DNA of 64,000 nt from Raillietiella orientalis (taxonomy: Eukaryota): positions 2,108,001 through 2,172,000 of the forward strand of contig JAYWIR010000001.1 of the NCBI GenBank assembly GCA_036172245.1. The letters are read 5' to 3'. Shown here one piece after another: positions 1 to 13,002 of the stretch (position 1 is its first letter; every line of letters begins with the position of its first letter). The notes beneath the pieces are model-generated. The model made no database searches. It was not told where the DNA came from and saw only the letters and a program-made list of their open reading frames with translations. The translations under genes were made by a program, and so were the position numbers.

Positions 1-780
1 ATCTGTGGCAAACTAAAGAGATGTATGGAAATACGTTTTTAATTTGTATGGAATGCTAAAGTGAAAGGGCATTTCCTTTTATTGGAATAGTATGTTCCCA
101 CATGGTATCAGGCCAAAAAGCACTATGCTAGAAAAGATATATATAGCAGGTTATTGCCCCAAAAATATATAAAAAAAAGTCTTTGATTTTCAAACATCTG
201 AATAATAATGGAGCTTTTTTTCTTTTTTTTTGGAATAATCATAAGAAGCATTGTGAAGATGCAGTATTTTTTTTAAGTTAAATCATAAGCAACCAAATAA
301 AAATACTTGAGTAATCACAAGGGAAAAGCATGAAAAAGGCAAAGAAATTTCACGTAAATGAAATATTTTCCATGACTAAAAATGATGTCAGATCTTCCAT
401 TATGCATCAAATTGCATCATGGATACCTTTTAGGTGTCATGCATTATAAATTTTTATGCAAAAAAATTGTTATTCATCGTATATTTTTAACGTGCCTATA
501 TACATACAGAGTGTATGTATACATGCAAACTATATACATACATACATACAGCTTTGTTTCATATTAAAAATGTGCGGCTCTATTAAACTGTAATATAATG
601 TCAAATAAATTCCTTGCTAATTGATCTCAAATGTTTTTCCACATTATGTTAAAATCTCATGGAAGTTTTAAGAAAATAATTTGAATAAATGTTATATAAA
701 TGTGTTTTCTTCAATGGATGTGAACTGATGATTTGAAAGCAATTGTTTCAATCAAGTAAGTAATGGTTTGTTGTTTTCAG

Positions 781-2702
781 AAGATTACTCTTTGAATTTG
801 GATGGTTTTCAACAGCAGGACTGTATGCAGGTTGGTTCATAAAAAAAATGTTACATTATCAAAGCTCTTTTATTTTAGACTCTAGATTATTCCAAATTCC
901 CAACAAATTGGTTGGATTTATCAATAAGTAAAAATAGTTTTTCGTTTTTGTAATTGTAAAACTTTGTGGCTGGTTTGTTTAGACACTTTACCACCTACTC
1001 CTGATTCAACATCATCATCAACATGTAGTAACTGTGAAGGAGATTGTTTACTAACATATGATTCACCTCCCAGTACTCCTCTTTCTGTTGGAAGGCACTC
1101 ATTTGCATCCAAAGCTGGTCATGTTCACAGATCTCGGAAAAAAACCGTTAAAAACCAAGAAAGAGCTCCTTATCCCAAAACCCTGCCTTACACAAAACCT
1201 TCCAGTAGTGAGTTTTCTCATTCAGTCTGAAAGGGTATTAATGTTGAAATTCAGCAAATGCCAAAGTTCCTTTAACCCAGATAAAAATTGAGCCACATTC
1301 AATTCCGATCAATGTGTATGATGGATCAGTGATTCTCCAGACTCCACTGAAAGTTCCTATTCCGAAAAATAGCAGTTCAGCCAACACCCTAGAAAAAAAT
1401 GTATCCGAAGGCCAATATGTTAATCAAGGAATGCACATCGCACAACCAAAGAATGGTTTAATTCCAGCAGTCATTAAAACTGAAGATTTTCTTCAGTTAA
1501 CTAGTTTGTTACCTCCTACTGTTACCTACATCACTCCTTCCATTAAACAAGCTACAGTGGACAGTTGTCAGAAAGAACTAGAGGTAAATGAAGTAATCAT
1601 ATGTATTTTCGTGTTTCTAATGTTTCTAGACTCAGGCCTTGAAAAGGCAACAGCGAATGATAAAAAACAGAGAAGCAGCTAGTTTATCCAGGAAGAAAAA
1701 AAAAGAATACGTCGTGTCTTTGGAATGTCGATTGCAAGAGTTAATTGAAGAAAATAATGGCTTGAAAAAGGTGAGTTGGGAGGTACATGTGTTCAAAGAA
1801 GGGAAGAATGGGAAGCAGCATAACCAGTGGCTTGAAGAACGCATCCTCTCTTTAGAACGTTCACAATCTAGTCGTCATGTAAGAAAAGCAACCACATGCC
1901 TTGCAGCTTTTGTTCTCCTGTTGTGGGCTGCAGGTCCTTGGAGGTAAAAATGATGACATTGAGATTGTTGCTACTATTCTAGACAGACAAGTTATTCAAC
2001 AACAAGACATATTGACTCATGATGAAATGTCCTCTTCCTCTTTTCCTTCCTCATCTACAGGTCGCAAGCTTCTTTGGGATACTTCACAAAAATATGTTAA
2101 TATTTCTCAATCTATCTGTCCTGCTCCAATTAATCAAACTGAGAATCGACGTCTGAATAATGAACTCAAAGGATTAGTATTTGGAGGTCGGCATCGTATG
2201 GGGAGCAATGCTTTCAGGTAATTTCGCCAGAATTTTATGAATGCAGACTATTCTTGGAAAACTTAAGAAGCCAACAGTCCACTCATGCTAATGATATGAT
2301 GTTTCCACTGTCTGTTTGGAATCCTTCGTGGCCTTTTCATAAGCAGTTCCAGTGGCGCAATGACACATTTTACATGGTGACATTTTCAGCTGATCATGTG
2401 CTGCTCCCAGCCAGTGCTTACAATAGCACCCATAGGCCCAAGATGGCATTATTGCTTCCTGCTGCACCAGCAAATGGTGTGTTGGTTAATTTTGTGAAAT
2501 GAGTTGTATTTACTGATGATGCTCATTTATAGATTCAGCTAAAGGTACTCCAGACCATGTAGCAATGATACATATTGATTGTGAAGTCTATGATACGCAT
2601 TTGCTACATGTTGAGCATTTTGCGAATTCCTTGAATGTGCACAATTGGACTCTTTCATCTCGTTGGCAAAAACTACGCAATCCGGTTCATGGCAACTCGT
2701 GA
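781..2702 (+). CDS. ATF6: ATF6-type membrane-bound bZIP transcription factor (multi-exon; first exon not located)
   Basis: Spliced reading gives b[31 protein letters not shown] (from 1642), a TM segment ([15 protein letters not shown]), an S1P-type RKLL site, and ATF6 lumenal motifs [36 protein letters not shown]...RPKMALLLP and [11 protein letters not shown]. Stop TGA 2700-2702. GT-AG introns include 1208-1254, 1584-1629, 1771-1818, 1944-1986. Confidence 0.93.
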
Positions 2703-2904
2703 AATTAATTGTTATTGGAAATGTGATTCAATGCATTCCTTTGTTTTTGATTGTTTTACTTTCTGACTTTGGATTTTATACTGAATACTATAATATATAA
2801 ATGTTTAACCCATTGAAGCATTATTAGCAATGTGATAGTTGCAAATCCTTGACATTTAAAATGAGGCAAGATTTAAGCTCAGCCATGCTTGGAGTTTTGA
2901 ATGG

Positions 2905-3120
2905 TCCAGCTATTCTACAACAGTTTTGTTACAGCTGTGCTTAATATAATCTTAAGTTTTGTTACAACTTATACGATTTACAATTACAATTACAAGTTTT
3001 GTCAACAGTTTTGTTGCAACTATGCTTAATATCATATTAACCATATTAAATATTAAGTCCAGCTATTTCAAAGCTGCATAACAGTTTTGTTATAACTATG
3101 CTTAATATAATATTAAGGAC
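2905..3120. repeat. Degenerate short direct repeat (about 3 copies of aacagttttgtt...tgcttaatat..t.ttaa)
   Basis: Similar units near 2919, 3004 and 3080, downstream of the ATF6 stop. Confidence 0.6.
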
Positions 3121-3229
3121 TTAATGTTTAATATGCTCATATTAAACTTCCAGGTTCACTTGTGCTACTCTGTAACTGAGTAGCACCTGCAATTAGCACA
3201 AAAATTTCAGTTCACTTAAAGTATCACTT

Positions 3230-5210
3230 ACACTTTAAGATCATTTTGCGAACATTTTGTAATGAAGTAAAAGCCTTTCTTTGAGGCCAACTTATTGATG
3301 TATACATCAATAAGTTGGTATGCATAGTGGAAGTGGTGGAAAAAGTTTTTGAAATTTTAGTTATAATTAATTTTGCAACGGGAGCTTTATAGATCCAAAC
3401 AGGAGCGGAGCAAGAGTCACATATTAGTAAGCATTGGCTATGATAAGAATATAATAGGTAAATATATTCCCATGGGATTTTTCGGGGCTTTGTCCACAGC
3501 AAAGTAATCGAAGTGTGCGGAAAATAATGCTAGAAAAGAGAAATAACATTTCCTTAATGCTTCACTAATGATTCGTTAGTTATTTATTATTCGGTGATCA
3601 ACTTGGTTTCCCCACTTTAAAGAAATAATGGTCATTAATGCACCCTGCATGTCAATTTGCGACTGGTGAACATATCATACTTTTTGAAAGAGTGACTTAT
3701 TATTTTGTTTTGAAAGCTTTTAGGACCTAAAAGCTCCGAACTTTTTTTTTTCCTACTTCGAACCCCGGTTCTCTTAAAGTAACTTTAATTTCCAGTGAAG
3801 TCATACCTCCAAGAGAGATTCTGCAAAATTTCAACTGTAACTTGATGTAAACTAACATTAGATTCAGCATGGTGGAAGAATTTCTCAAGGACGACAATTG
3901 TTTCCTTGGGTGAAAAACGTTCATATTCCTAAATTGAGCAGCAAAACATACGAAAAGTTCGTGAGTGTTGAAAATCTCTTTTAGTTGAAATTAAAGCTTG
4001 TTATCGTTGCGTAATTGCAGTTTCCTAAGCTCTGTTTAACAACAAATGTTTACCTGCATTTATGACGAAATATGTAAAGTTTCGTTAAACTAGCAAAGGA
4101 TCTGTTATTTTTAATGTTTTATATAGGACGAAGTAGCCACTGCATGATACCTTAGGACTAATTAATAGTAGCCGGATTGTGAGGAACGCTTGCCAAATTC
4201 CCATGCAGCAAGTTTACAATTCGGAATTAATGCAATTCGATCATCCGTTGCTGTTTAAATGTACATGTTATGCATACCGAATGTATAAGGAACTCTCTAA
4301 CGGTATAAAATTTGCTTGTGTTCCTGGCGTTGTGAGAGCCATCCTAGGAAACTCAAGTTATGTTTGAAGTCCGATGAATTCGATCTTTCTAAGAACATTC
4401 AACAGTCGGTTCCCCTTCCCATGCAAACATTAGAGTATTTGGAGAATCTGCCTATTTTAATGTACTTCGAAAAGTGCCTTAATGAATACGTATGAGATTA
4501 AAGGTTGAGACGTCTCTTTCATAAACATTCTATTCTATTCTATGATCAATAGAGCTATCGACTAAGTTAGCAGAAGCACATCATCGAAATCGAAAATTTC
4601 CAGATTAGGACTTCAAAATGTCTGAACTCGTTAGATCGAATAAAGATGCATAGCAATGTAGTCCTTCATGTGAATGTGCATTTGTACTTGATCAGTTGAA
4701 TCGATTTACGTAGCTTCCCATCAAAATTTATTACAAAATGCATAGCATAGGGAAAATTCTGGATTTGCCTTTCAATGAAATTTCTGCACTGTGCTAATAA
4801 TAGCAAAAACGGAACACGAGAAAAATTACAATTGAAATATTTGAAGCATCAAGTCCCGCGCTGTCAGTTTCGATAAATGTTTGAACATAGGAAATGCAAT
4901 AATGCTACAATTCAATAGTAGTAGTAACGACACTACAGCATTGAAATTGTTTGAAAGGCTTTGCTGTTCCGTATTCTTTTTCCCAATCATGCCAACTTTT
5001 ATGAAGCTGAATTTTGACATTCGATTAATTAGTGTACATAGTTATTTACTGATAGTGATACTTCCGGGGATGCGCTCTTCCTGTACATATCGTTTGGCGA
5101 ATAATGTTTTCGGAATTTCGAAGTTTTGCATTAAGATACTCAGGGCGGAGTATTTTTTGAGGAATTCATATCACAAACATTGCAAACAAGGCATGTAATG
5201 CCCCGTTTGC
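3230..5210 (-). mobile_element. Highly decayed AT-rich L1-clade ORF2 relic (APE plus RT)
   Basis: Minus-strand motif remnants in ORF2 order: ITCLVCNVCDMNS (APE start), YVQEE, SNNFNAVV (GDFN), then DKA..KIPWEYI and WIYKAPVAKLI (RT, KAFD.V.W and WI..LY..P.A). Many stops and frameshifts. Confidence 0.55.
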
Positions 5211-5772
5211 TTTGTTTATCATGTGCTTCGCTTTTAACAAAATTTATCTTATACTGTCTGTCTCGCACAACTGGCAGCACATCGCCTGCATCGACGAGCA
5301 TGGGAAGGAGTCGCATGACCAACCATTGCAAAGGGTTACCACCAGCAGGCGTGCAGGAAAGTAACTGCAGAAAAGCTCGTTGCCACTTGGCGTTTGGCTC
5401 CATCTCTTGGTCCAACACATCAAATACATAAAGCAAGAAGTAACAGAAAATATTTATTTCTTGATAAACATTCATATGAGCTTTCTTTATACACATTTGA
5501 TTTTCTCCTAACACTGCAAGTTGAGCATGCATCAGAATGCTCAAAATTCCTATCTTCGATTTAGTTATTCAAAAACCAAATAACTTAACTAAATAACGAA
5601 CAAAATGATGCTTTACGTTTTCCAATTGATAACAGAAACTGAAATGCAAAATCCTATAAGGTTTAACGCAGTTAAAAAGTGAAACAGCATGAAACGCACA
5701 TCTGTTGGCAGAGGTAACATGAATGCACTTTTAATCAAGGATTTCTTGCTTTTCCGACAACCTAAAACATGA

Positions 5773-7479
5773 TCACACCATATCCCTATCTGGAAAGATC
5801 ATGTTCGTCAATTCAGTGCAGTCTGGAAGCAAAGAACTGTAATCCAGGATTTCATTTTTGATATGCATCAATTCTGGTGAACTGGCGATCTGATATGCCA
5901 TTTCTTGGATGTTGTGAGAGTTCAGTTCTTGTTCCATCCAAGTGTACGAGTCGGGTTTTTTCACATGCTGAGTAATAAAAGATTCCTCTCGTTTGGGTTG
6001 CAAAGTCTGCTGTATCATAGGATCATAGGCAGTACGAAAGCTTGGATTTGAGTGATTGTAGAATGTAGGCAGATCTTCAAAATGAGAAGGGGGCTGAGAA
6101 TCACTGCTAGACAGTACATCTATGCTGAGTGGGTCTCCATGTAAATCTTCAGGTGATGACACATCTAAATTCAGCAAAATTAATGATAATGTTCAGAAAA
6201 ACACTTCACCTTGTGTCAAGTCATCCTGGATATAATCTGGTGTGAGTGGTTTTCCAGGTGTGTTTATAGTGTCCTGGAAGCATGCTTGCCGAGGCCTAGA
6301 CATTATAGCACATGAGCGTGGGTTGAATCGACTTTTAACTTCCTTGACCTCTGAGCTCTTCACAATAGCTCATAAGCTACAATGAACCGCCAGTCAAAGT
6401 CTGCCATCTACCTTGTAACAAGTGACAGCAAAAAATAATGTCTCAGGAAGCATGGCTGTGAGTCTGTCATCCCAAAGAATAACATTCTGAGGACTCTCCG
6501 GAATGAAATGAACACGACATACATAGCGATGCATACCAAGCAATACCAACACCTATGTAAAATAACTGTCAGGAAATTACCTGAGGTCTGAGCTCAACCT
6601 TGTTTTCATTAATAGACTGGTTATTGCTAAGTTTCACATCCTGAAATTTCACAATATGATTGCACCAAAACTCTCCTGAGCATGGTGAGGCTGGATGCAT
6701 GTAAGCATTGGAACCACTTGGAATCACTGTATTTTCAGGGCCTTCCATCCAGACTTTTGTCTAAATAAACCACAGCATTAGAACATGAAAGCAATGAAAA
6801 ATATTATGGTGAAAGCACAGACCACTCACATGCTTGTTGAAAAAGTAACGCTTTTTGTCGAGGCACACAATGTCCAGCAATGAATAGTAGTGCACATAAG
6901 GATCCAAGTTTTCGACTTTGAGATAGATTTCAGGAAACATGCGTCTTGTAAGAAACAACAGCAATAAGAAACATGCTGATAGGATAGAAAAGAATGCCAA
7001 ATGAAGCAACAACAATTAGTCTTAGAAGAATATACTGAAGAATGTTGCTGCTCCAAAGAAAACAATTTAGTGTAAATAAGGAATTCAAAGATTAAGCACC
7101 AGTTTGAAAACATACGAAAGTGGTAACATAAAAGCAGCTGCAATCCACGAGCATCAAAGTTCTGATGAAAAGTTACCTGCCAAGCTTATTTATGAGCATT
7201 TCATGACCCATTTTATCCAGAGTTTCCCATAATTCGGAATTCAGCAAATACACTAGTGATTCCGTGTAAGTATTTGAAGCTGCATGATAAAGAGGATGTG
7301 GGCAGCGGTATTCATCTTCGGAGGTGGGAAATGCTCTCAGATCTTCAGTATTTGCAAAGTAATTATCTGCAGTTTGTTCATTAATTGCTGGATGTATCTT
7401 CCAGGAATTACATTTTTCTGTATCTAAGAATGAAACCGTAATGTGAAAACTACTATCATCCACCGGAATTATCGATCAT
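5773..7479 (-). CDS. Divergent T-box transcription factor (multi-exon)
   Basis: Spliced reading: LLNSELWETLDKMGHEMLINKLGR / RMFPEIYLKVENLDP..YYSLLDIVCLDKKRY / YMHPASPCSGEFW..IVKFQDVKLSN / LGMHRYVCRVH..PETLFFAVTCYK / KSRFNPRSCAI, then a Ser/Pro/acidic tail to the stop at 5773. Candidate ATG at 7479. Confidence 0.88.
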
Positions 7480-7559
7480 GTTCCTATAAACTAACGGCAA
7501 TCTAAAACAAGGTGTTATTCATTATTTCACAATTCCTTATCCCAAGTCAGTTAGGATTT

Positions 7560-8450
7560 TAAAAATTGTTCAAAACGGCTAAGGCCACATTGCAAAAGCC
7601 CACAAAAGTTCCGCTTAAACCTGCATTACCTTCATCTTTCCTGGGGAAACAACACCTAACTTGATTAACGGCCATCAATTTCCTTTCATTATAATCCAGT
7701 AAGTTAGAGTATACTGTTTCATTATACAAATATTTATAAAGTGGAGTTAAATTGTCAGTCTCCACGGCTCTATTTACATTATACAACACAACACATCCAC
7801 AGCCAAACCTTCTTTAGACTGTGGGCCGGAAAGCATGGGGCGATCCCTTTATAAGATACCAAAAAAGGGGGAAAAAAAAAAAAAAAATTCAGTTCGCCAT
7901 CGTTTTCCTGAAAATTTAAATCTTCGAAAACAGGAAAAAGAAAAAAGAAAGAAGAGGAAGAACGGAAAGCAAAATAAGCGAGTTTTTAATATGTAAACGA
8001 ACGTCATACGGTACACATACTGAAAATACACACAAACCATTGCTTGCCGATGTCTTTTGCGACAGATATGTCTTTAAGAAATTTGAAACCAGAAACCAAG
8101 AAGCACCCAAAAGATAAATGAATTTTGATATCGACGCAAGTAAATGAGGACTGAGGTTTGAGAATAGCGACATGAGATCCAACATTTAATGATGCACCTG
8201 AATAAAAATGAATGAGTTTAGCAATTAAACTTCTGAAACCGTCACTCTTAAGAGCAGAGTGATCGCTCAAATTAAATTACAAGTCTCTATTTTGAAACCT
8301 CACCCTTTGTCTACTTCGTTTCTCATTCAGGATTCAAGCAAAATCCATCAAAGTTGCTCCCAAGGATAAGCAGAGTAAACCATGCTGAAAAAAATACGTG
8401 GGAAATATTAATGAAGCATAGTTTAGAAATTTTAGTGGCAATTTAAAATC
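7560..8450 (-). mobile_element. Decayed AT-rich L1-clade ORF2 fragments
   Basis: LILGSNF (GGDFN-like, ~8370), LSDHSAL (~8270), YKYL, and VNQV..FPRKDEGNAGL (PK.EGGLG-like, ~7630). Internally deleted. Confidence 0.45.
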
Positions 8451-10431
8451 AACATGTACTTGGCTTTTTTTTTGTGTGTTTGTGGTTCCAATAAATAGGG
8501 AGTGCTGCCCGTGATTTTCTGGATCGACGGAATGCCATTCCCAGAAAATCGGTCATCATTTATTTCAATTTTTCATCCTGAAGTCTCCTGATTGCTGCTG
8601 CTTCAATCTGATGGAGGGTACTAAAAGAAAATGGACAACCAAAAACAGTTACCATTTTGGGTTACCGAATACTGAAACTGCTGAGCCAGGGCATTATGGA
8701 ACAATTCCTTTGGTTCAATTCAGAGAAGTAACAGTTCTTATTTTATTGAGTATTCACGCAAGCTTAAAAGTTATTCCAGTAAGAGATCAATCTTATCACT
8801 TTCTTTTTCACAGTGTTGGATTGCACAGCTAGGATTTCATTTCAATTGTGGGGACACATTAGGGATGACACTGAAAATTTTCGTAATTGATCTTGACTAA
8901 TAGCCGACTGCTTCTCAACCAATTTTTACGTGGTGACGACATCCAAAAAACAAACAAACAAAAGCACACACAGAAAAAGATTCATTCTGCATGGACGCTC
9001 CGAGTTCAGGAACTGTAACAAATGAGCCTCAATCTGAACGAAGGGTTTCATCGAAAGCTATCAAATGTATCTTCAATTTCAATACTGATGCTTTACTTCA
9101 TTTGTAAAAATGCTCCAATTTCTTCTGTATTACATGCAGTAAATATAAAGAGCAATTGTGCTCGTCTGGGATTCAGAAGGTGATATAAGTTTCGTGGCAT
9201 CTATTTTTATAAAATTTAAAATTAAGTGCTTTGACTCCCCCCCCCCCCAAAAAAAAAAAAAAAAACACATTAAAGGGTTCATTTTCTTTGACAGATACCT
9301 TTGGAAATTTCATTTCTTGAAGAGTCCCTTGACACTACGGTTACGTTTTATTTTCAGGGAAATCAACATGTCAGTGCGTATCTAGAAGAATGGTACAGTA
9401 ATAAGTATATACATAATGGTGCAAATACATTAAAATTTAAAACACTGAAATAATCCTGAAAGAGTTTATTTTGCACTTCTCTCTTATCAAAAACGAAATT
9501 TTATACCTGATAGTTGTTTCGCAAAATGCTTCATTCAAGTGGGTTCTGTTAAAACAATATTATTCACTGCATGTGGTCGATAAAAAAAAAAATGCTTTCA
9601 ATTTATGGCCACTCCTATTGGACTCAATTTCTACCAGGCTGTTTACTTTTCTTTCTTTAATGCCGCAACTTGTTTTTCTGTCCTTGCTAGGAAGATGAGG
9701 AAAAAAATTGAAATTGTAATTGCTGTTTCGAAAGGATAAATTCAGTTTTGTGTCATACAGCGTTCGTGTCATGAAAATGATTTCATACTTCCCGCCTCTC
9801 CCCTTTCTGCAAAGAGTCTTCCACTTTCATCTTGTGGTTTAAACTGGAGGCAACTTGCAGAAAATCGAAAGAGAACCCTTAGTGATAAAGGACTGTTGAG
9901 AATTAAGAGCTGCTACATCTTTTCGCAGCGCCAGTCTTTTAGGAAGGTCAAGATTTGTTGGGTGAGACTCCTGCCGTCTTCAGATTCGATTGCCACATTA
10001 GCCATAAGCGACCAGGCCTGCGGTTTCTATGCATCTCTTCATGGCGGACTTGAACAAACTTCAATTTTCAGAAGCATCTCATTTTACCATTTCTCGCTCC
10101 CGGGAAAAGTTGTTCCATGAAGGCTGAACGTTACTCGTCCTCACTGTGCTGCCTGGTTGCCTCCACTGCTTGCTCTGGACTCCAATGCACCTGTGAAAGG
10201 GTTGCTTCGGATCTGGGAAGCATCGCCTGGATTCTGCATTCACGTGTCGTTCTTGCGAGAGATGGAAAAGTTCTTGAAAAGAATAAGTTCTGTAATTCCT
10301 GAAGGCTGGCCCTGGCTGTGTAGAACCTTCAAGAAGTTATTCTCCGCTGGTCTTACCGGCCTTCTCCACTCGATTGAGGATTGCATGATTCGAGCTAGGA
10401 GATTTTCCCATCCGGTTATGTCGGGGCATTC

Positions 10432-11200
10432 AATCAAAAGAACAGACAATTTGGAAACGCGGTTCCCAACGGGATACAGAAAGAATTTGGAGGGGAGGGT
10501 CCACTGACACGCAGCATGGGCCATCCTGAAAGTCAGGAACGGATGGGAGCAGTCAGTACATGAGTGAACAAAGGGACAGGCATCTTTAATATCGGACACT
10601 GCATGCTCCCTTCTCAGCACCAGAGCTGGATGTCGGCAGTTCCCTCCTTCACTTTTTCTTTCAGGTGAGGCCACCTTGCAGCCGACATCATGTAGGAGAC
10701 TGCCACCCCGGTGACCTCCCTTCTCTGCGCCTGCGTCTCGAGCACATGGCGGGCGGTGACGATGGCGCGGATGAGACCCTCAGTCGCGATCATCGTGCCC
10801 GTCGAAAGTCCGCTGGGCACGAAGAACCTTCTCACCAGACCGCGGGCGGTGTACTCTTGGTGCAGGAGCGCTGAAGTCAGTCTTCACTACCACAGTTTTT
10901 GGAGGGCACTACAGTCCAAAAGCAGGTGTGGGATCGACTCCGCCGACCCACACCTGGCACAGTTCAGGGTTGCGACCCCCTCCCAACTTCCCAGAAACGA
11001 GAGTGCTGATTGATGCGACCGGGCGCCGATTTCACTGGAATCCTCGGTGCAGAGCAAACAGCAGCATCGCCTGTTTCCCATTCACAGGGAACTCGGAAGT
11101 GTTGAAACACAAGGAAGGGACCACAAGTTCTTCGGGGGCGACACTTGACAGTTCGGACATAGCTCGAGGCTACACGTTCCGCCGCCGCTGAGAGAGAAAA
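10432..11200 (-). mobile_element. GC-rich L1/Tx1-like element, 3' coding fragment (CCHC finger plus C-terminus)
   Basis: CARCGSAESIPHLLLDCSALQKLW followed by ...SAARWPHLKEKV; homologous to the other copies listed. Confidence 0.8.
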
Positions 11201-11383
11201 TTCTGTCTTTAGGCCAGCTATTCCATGACAAGGAGAGGGCGATGCATTCGTTTCCTGCCAGTCGAACTCTGAGGAATGGCCCACATTGTGAACTAGGTTG
11301 ATGCAACCGGTGACTTCCACCTCGCTACAATTCGGATTTCTTCGGAAGTTCTTTCCACGAGAGGAGAAAAAAAAGCAGCAAAG

Positions 11384-12470
11384 GTGTTTGACCCGGTTTT
11401 GCCCGAAGCATCTTCCATAAAGAAAATAAAAGTACATTTTGTGGTAGAACACGTGGTTCTACAACGTACTAAAAAAGAAAACGCATTTAAACTTGCTAAT
11501 CACCGGTACGCAGACCGGCGAGCTCCAGTTCGTCGGCGAAGGGAAAGGGGAAACCGAAAGCAAACATAGACAAACCAAAAAAGGGAGGCGAAGTTTTACT
11601 CGGGAAAGGGGGGGGGGGGGACCGAGGAAGGGAACACTGTTCGTTGCGAGGCGTCCTCTGCATCCTGTCCAGGATTCTGGCAAGTTCGTCCTGTGTTTCC
11701 CGGGTGGGGCCATCTCGTGGCGGTCCTCAAAAATATTTCTGACCAGTGGAAGGCAACTCTTCCATTCTGGCTTATACCTGCGATCCAGGCCGCTACGATC
11801 CCGCGAAGAAAGTAGAGAAATGTGAGGGACGTGGCTGGCGGCAGCGTGGTGCACACGAAGAAGCGTTTCAAAAATATCTCTGGGTCTGTCCACTCGGCTT
11901 CCTAGAGTCGTCACGAGGCAACACAGTCCAACAGTAGGTGCGGGAAGGTCTGCCTCTATTCCCGCATCTGTCACAGTTTGCATGCATACCCGGCTATGTC
12001 CAGTGGTGAAGGCGCGCTTTGCATGGCATTCCCCAATGCAAGGCCAGCGACGTCTTCTCCTACCACTTGAGGGGGCGGACGTTACTATTCCAACGCGCCG
12101 GAAGCTACTTCACCTCCTCCGGAGGGATGTCGAGCAGCTCTCCCCAGCGTAGAAATCCGTGGGCTGGGATACTCGACGTCGCGTCGTGCGTGATTTCTCG
12201 TGCTGTCCACGGATCCAGAAGTTTCCTCTTTCTGCAGTGCAGCAGGACACCTCCCACCTTGCTGGATGGTTTCTGCATCTCGCTTCCATTAGGAAGGGCA
12301 GCGCTGGGACAAGGGGGCGAAGAAGCGTACGCCGATGTTGCACGACCAAATCCCCGCCCCTTCCTTCCTCCACATGGCAAACAAACCAACGTTTTCCAGG
12401 ACAAAGGCAAACAACGGGAACTTCTGCTTGCTTGTGCGCTGTGCGTCCTTTTCGAATGATTCCCGAAAAG
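11384..12470 (-). mobile_element. GC-rich L1/Tx1-like element, 3' part with 3' UTR
   Basis: PAHGFLRWGELLDIP, LHWG.PC, CDRC...LPHLLLDC, FLRTATRWPH, then a pyrimidine tract and the family 3' hairpins. Confidence 0.8.
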
Positions 12471-13002
12471 GATTTCCGGCGAAGAATAATCTGTGGACAA
12501 CCTGAGGATGGCGAGTTTCAACATCTGGGATCTGAACACCTCTCTCGAGAGGAGACCCGAAAAAGCAAGCAGAAAGAAGCACCGTCAAAACGTCGACGAC
12601 TCCCTAGAGACCCGCGTTGGCAAAATTGCCTTCGATGCCGATTCCTCAGCGTTCCGAAGTTCATCCTCATCTTGTGGATGGTCATGGGATTGTTTTCCGA
12701 GCTCGCGCGAATCTCCACACGAAGAAAACGCAGGCGTTTGTGAGGCATCTATTCGACGAAGGGCACGTTAAGGACACGGTGCATGGGAAGTCTATGGATT
12801 CTGTGGAGGAGAAACGGAGTGGAGTCGATCGAGGAGGCTCAACAGAACAAGCGGAGGGAGAGATCCACTCCAGCCAGCTACTCACCGCTTCCAGAGGAGC
12901 ACGGGCATCGTCGTCGGAGGTCGGAGGGCGTGGCCGTGAAGATATGTCTCTCGTACGCACGAAGACCCCACGGGGCTCGTGATGGCGCCTTCCGATGTAT
13001 TT

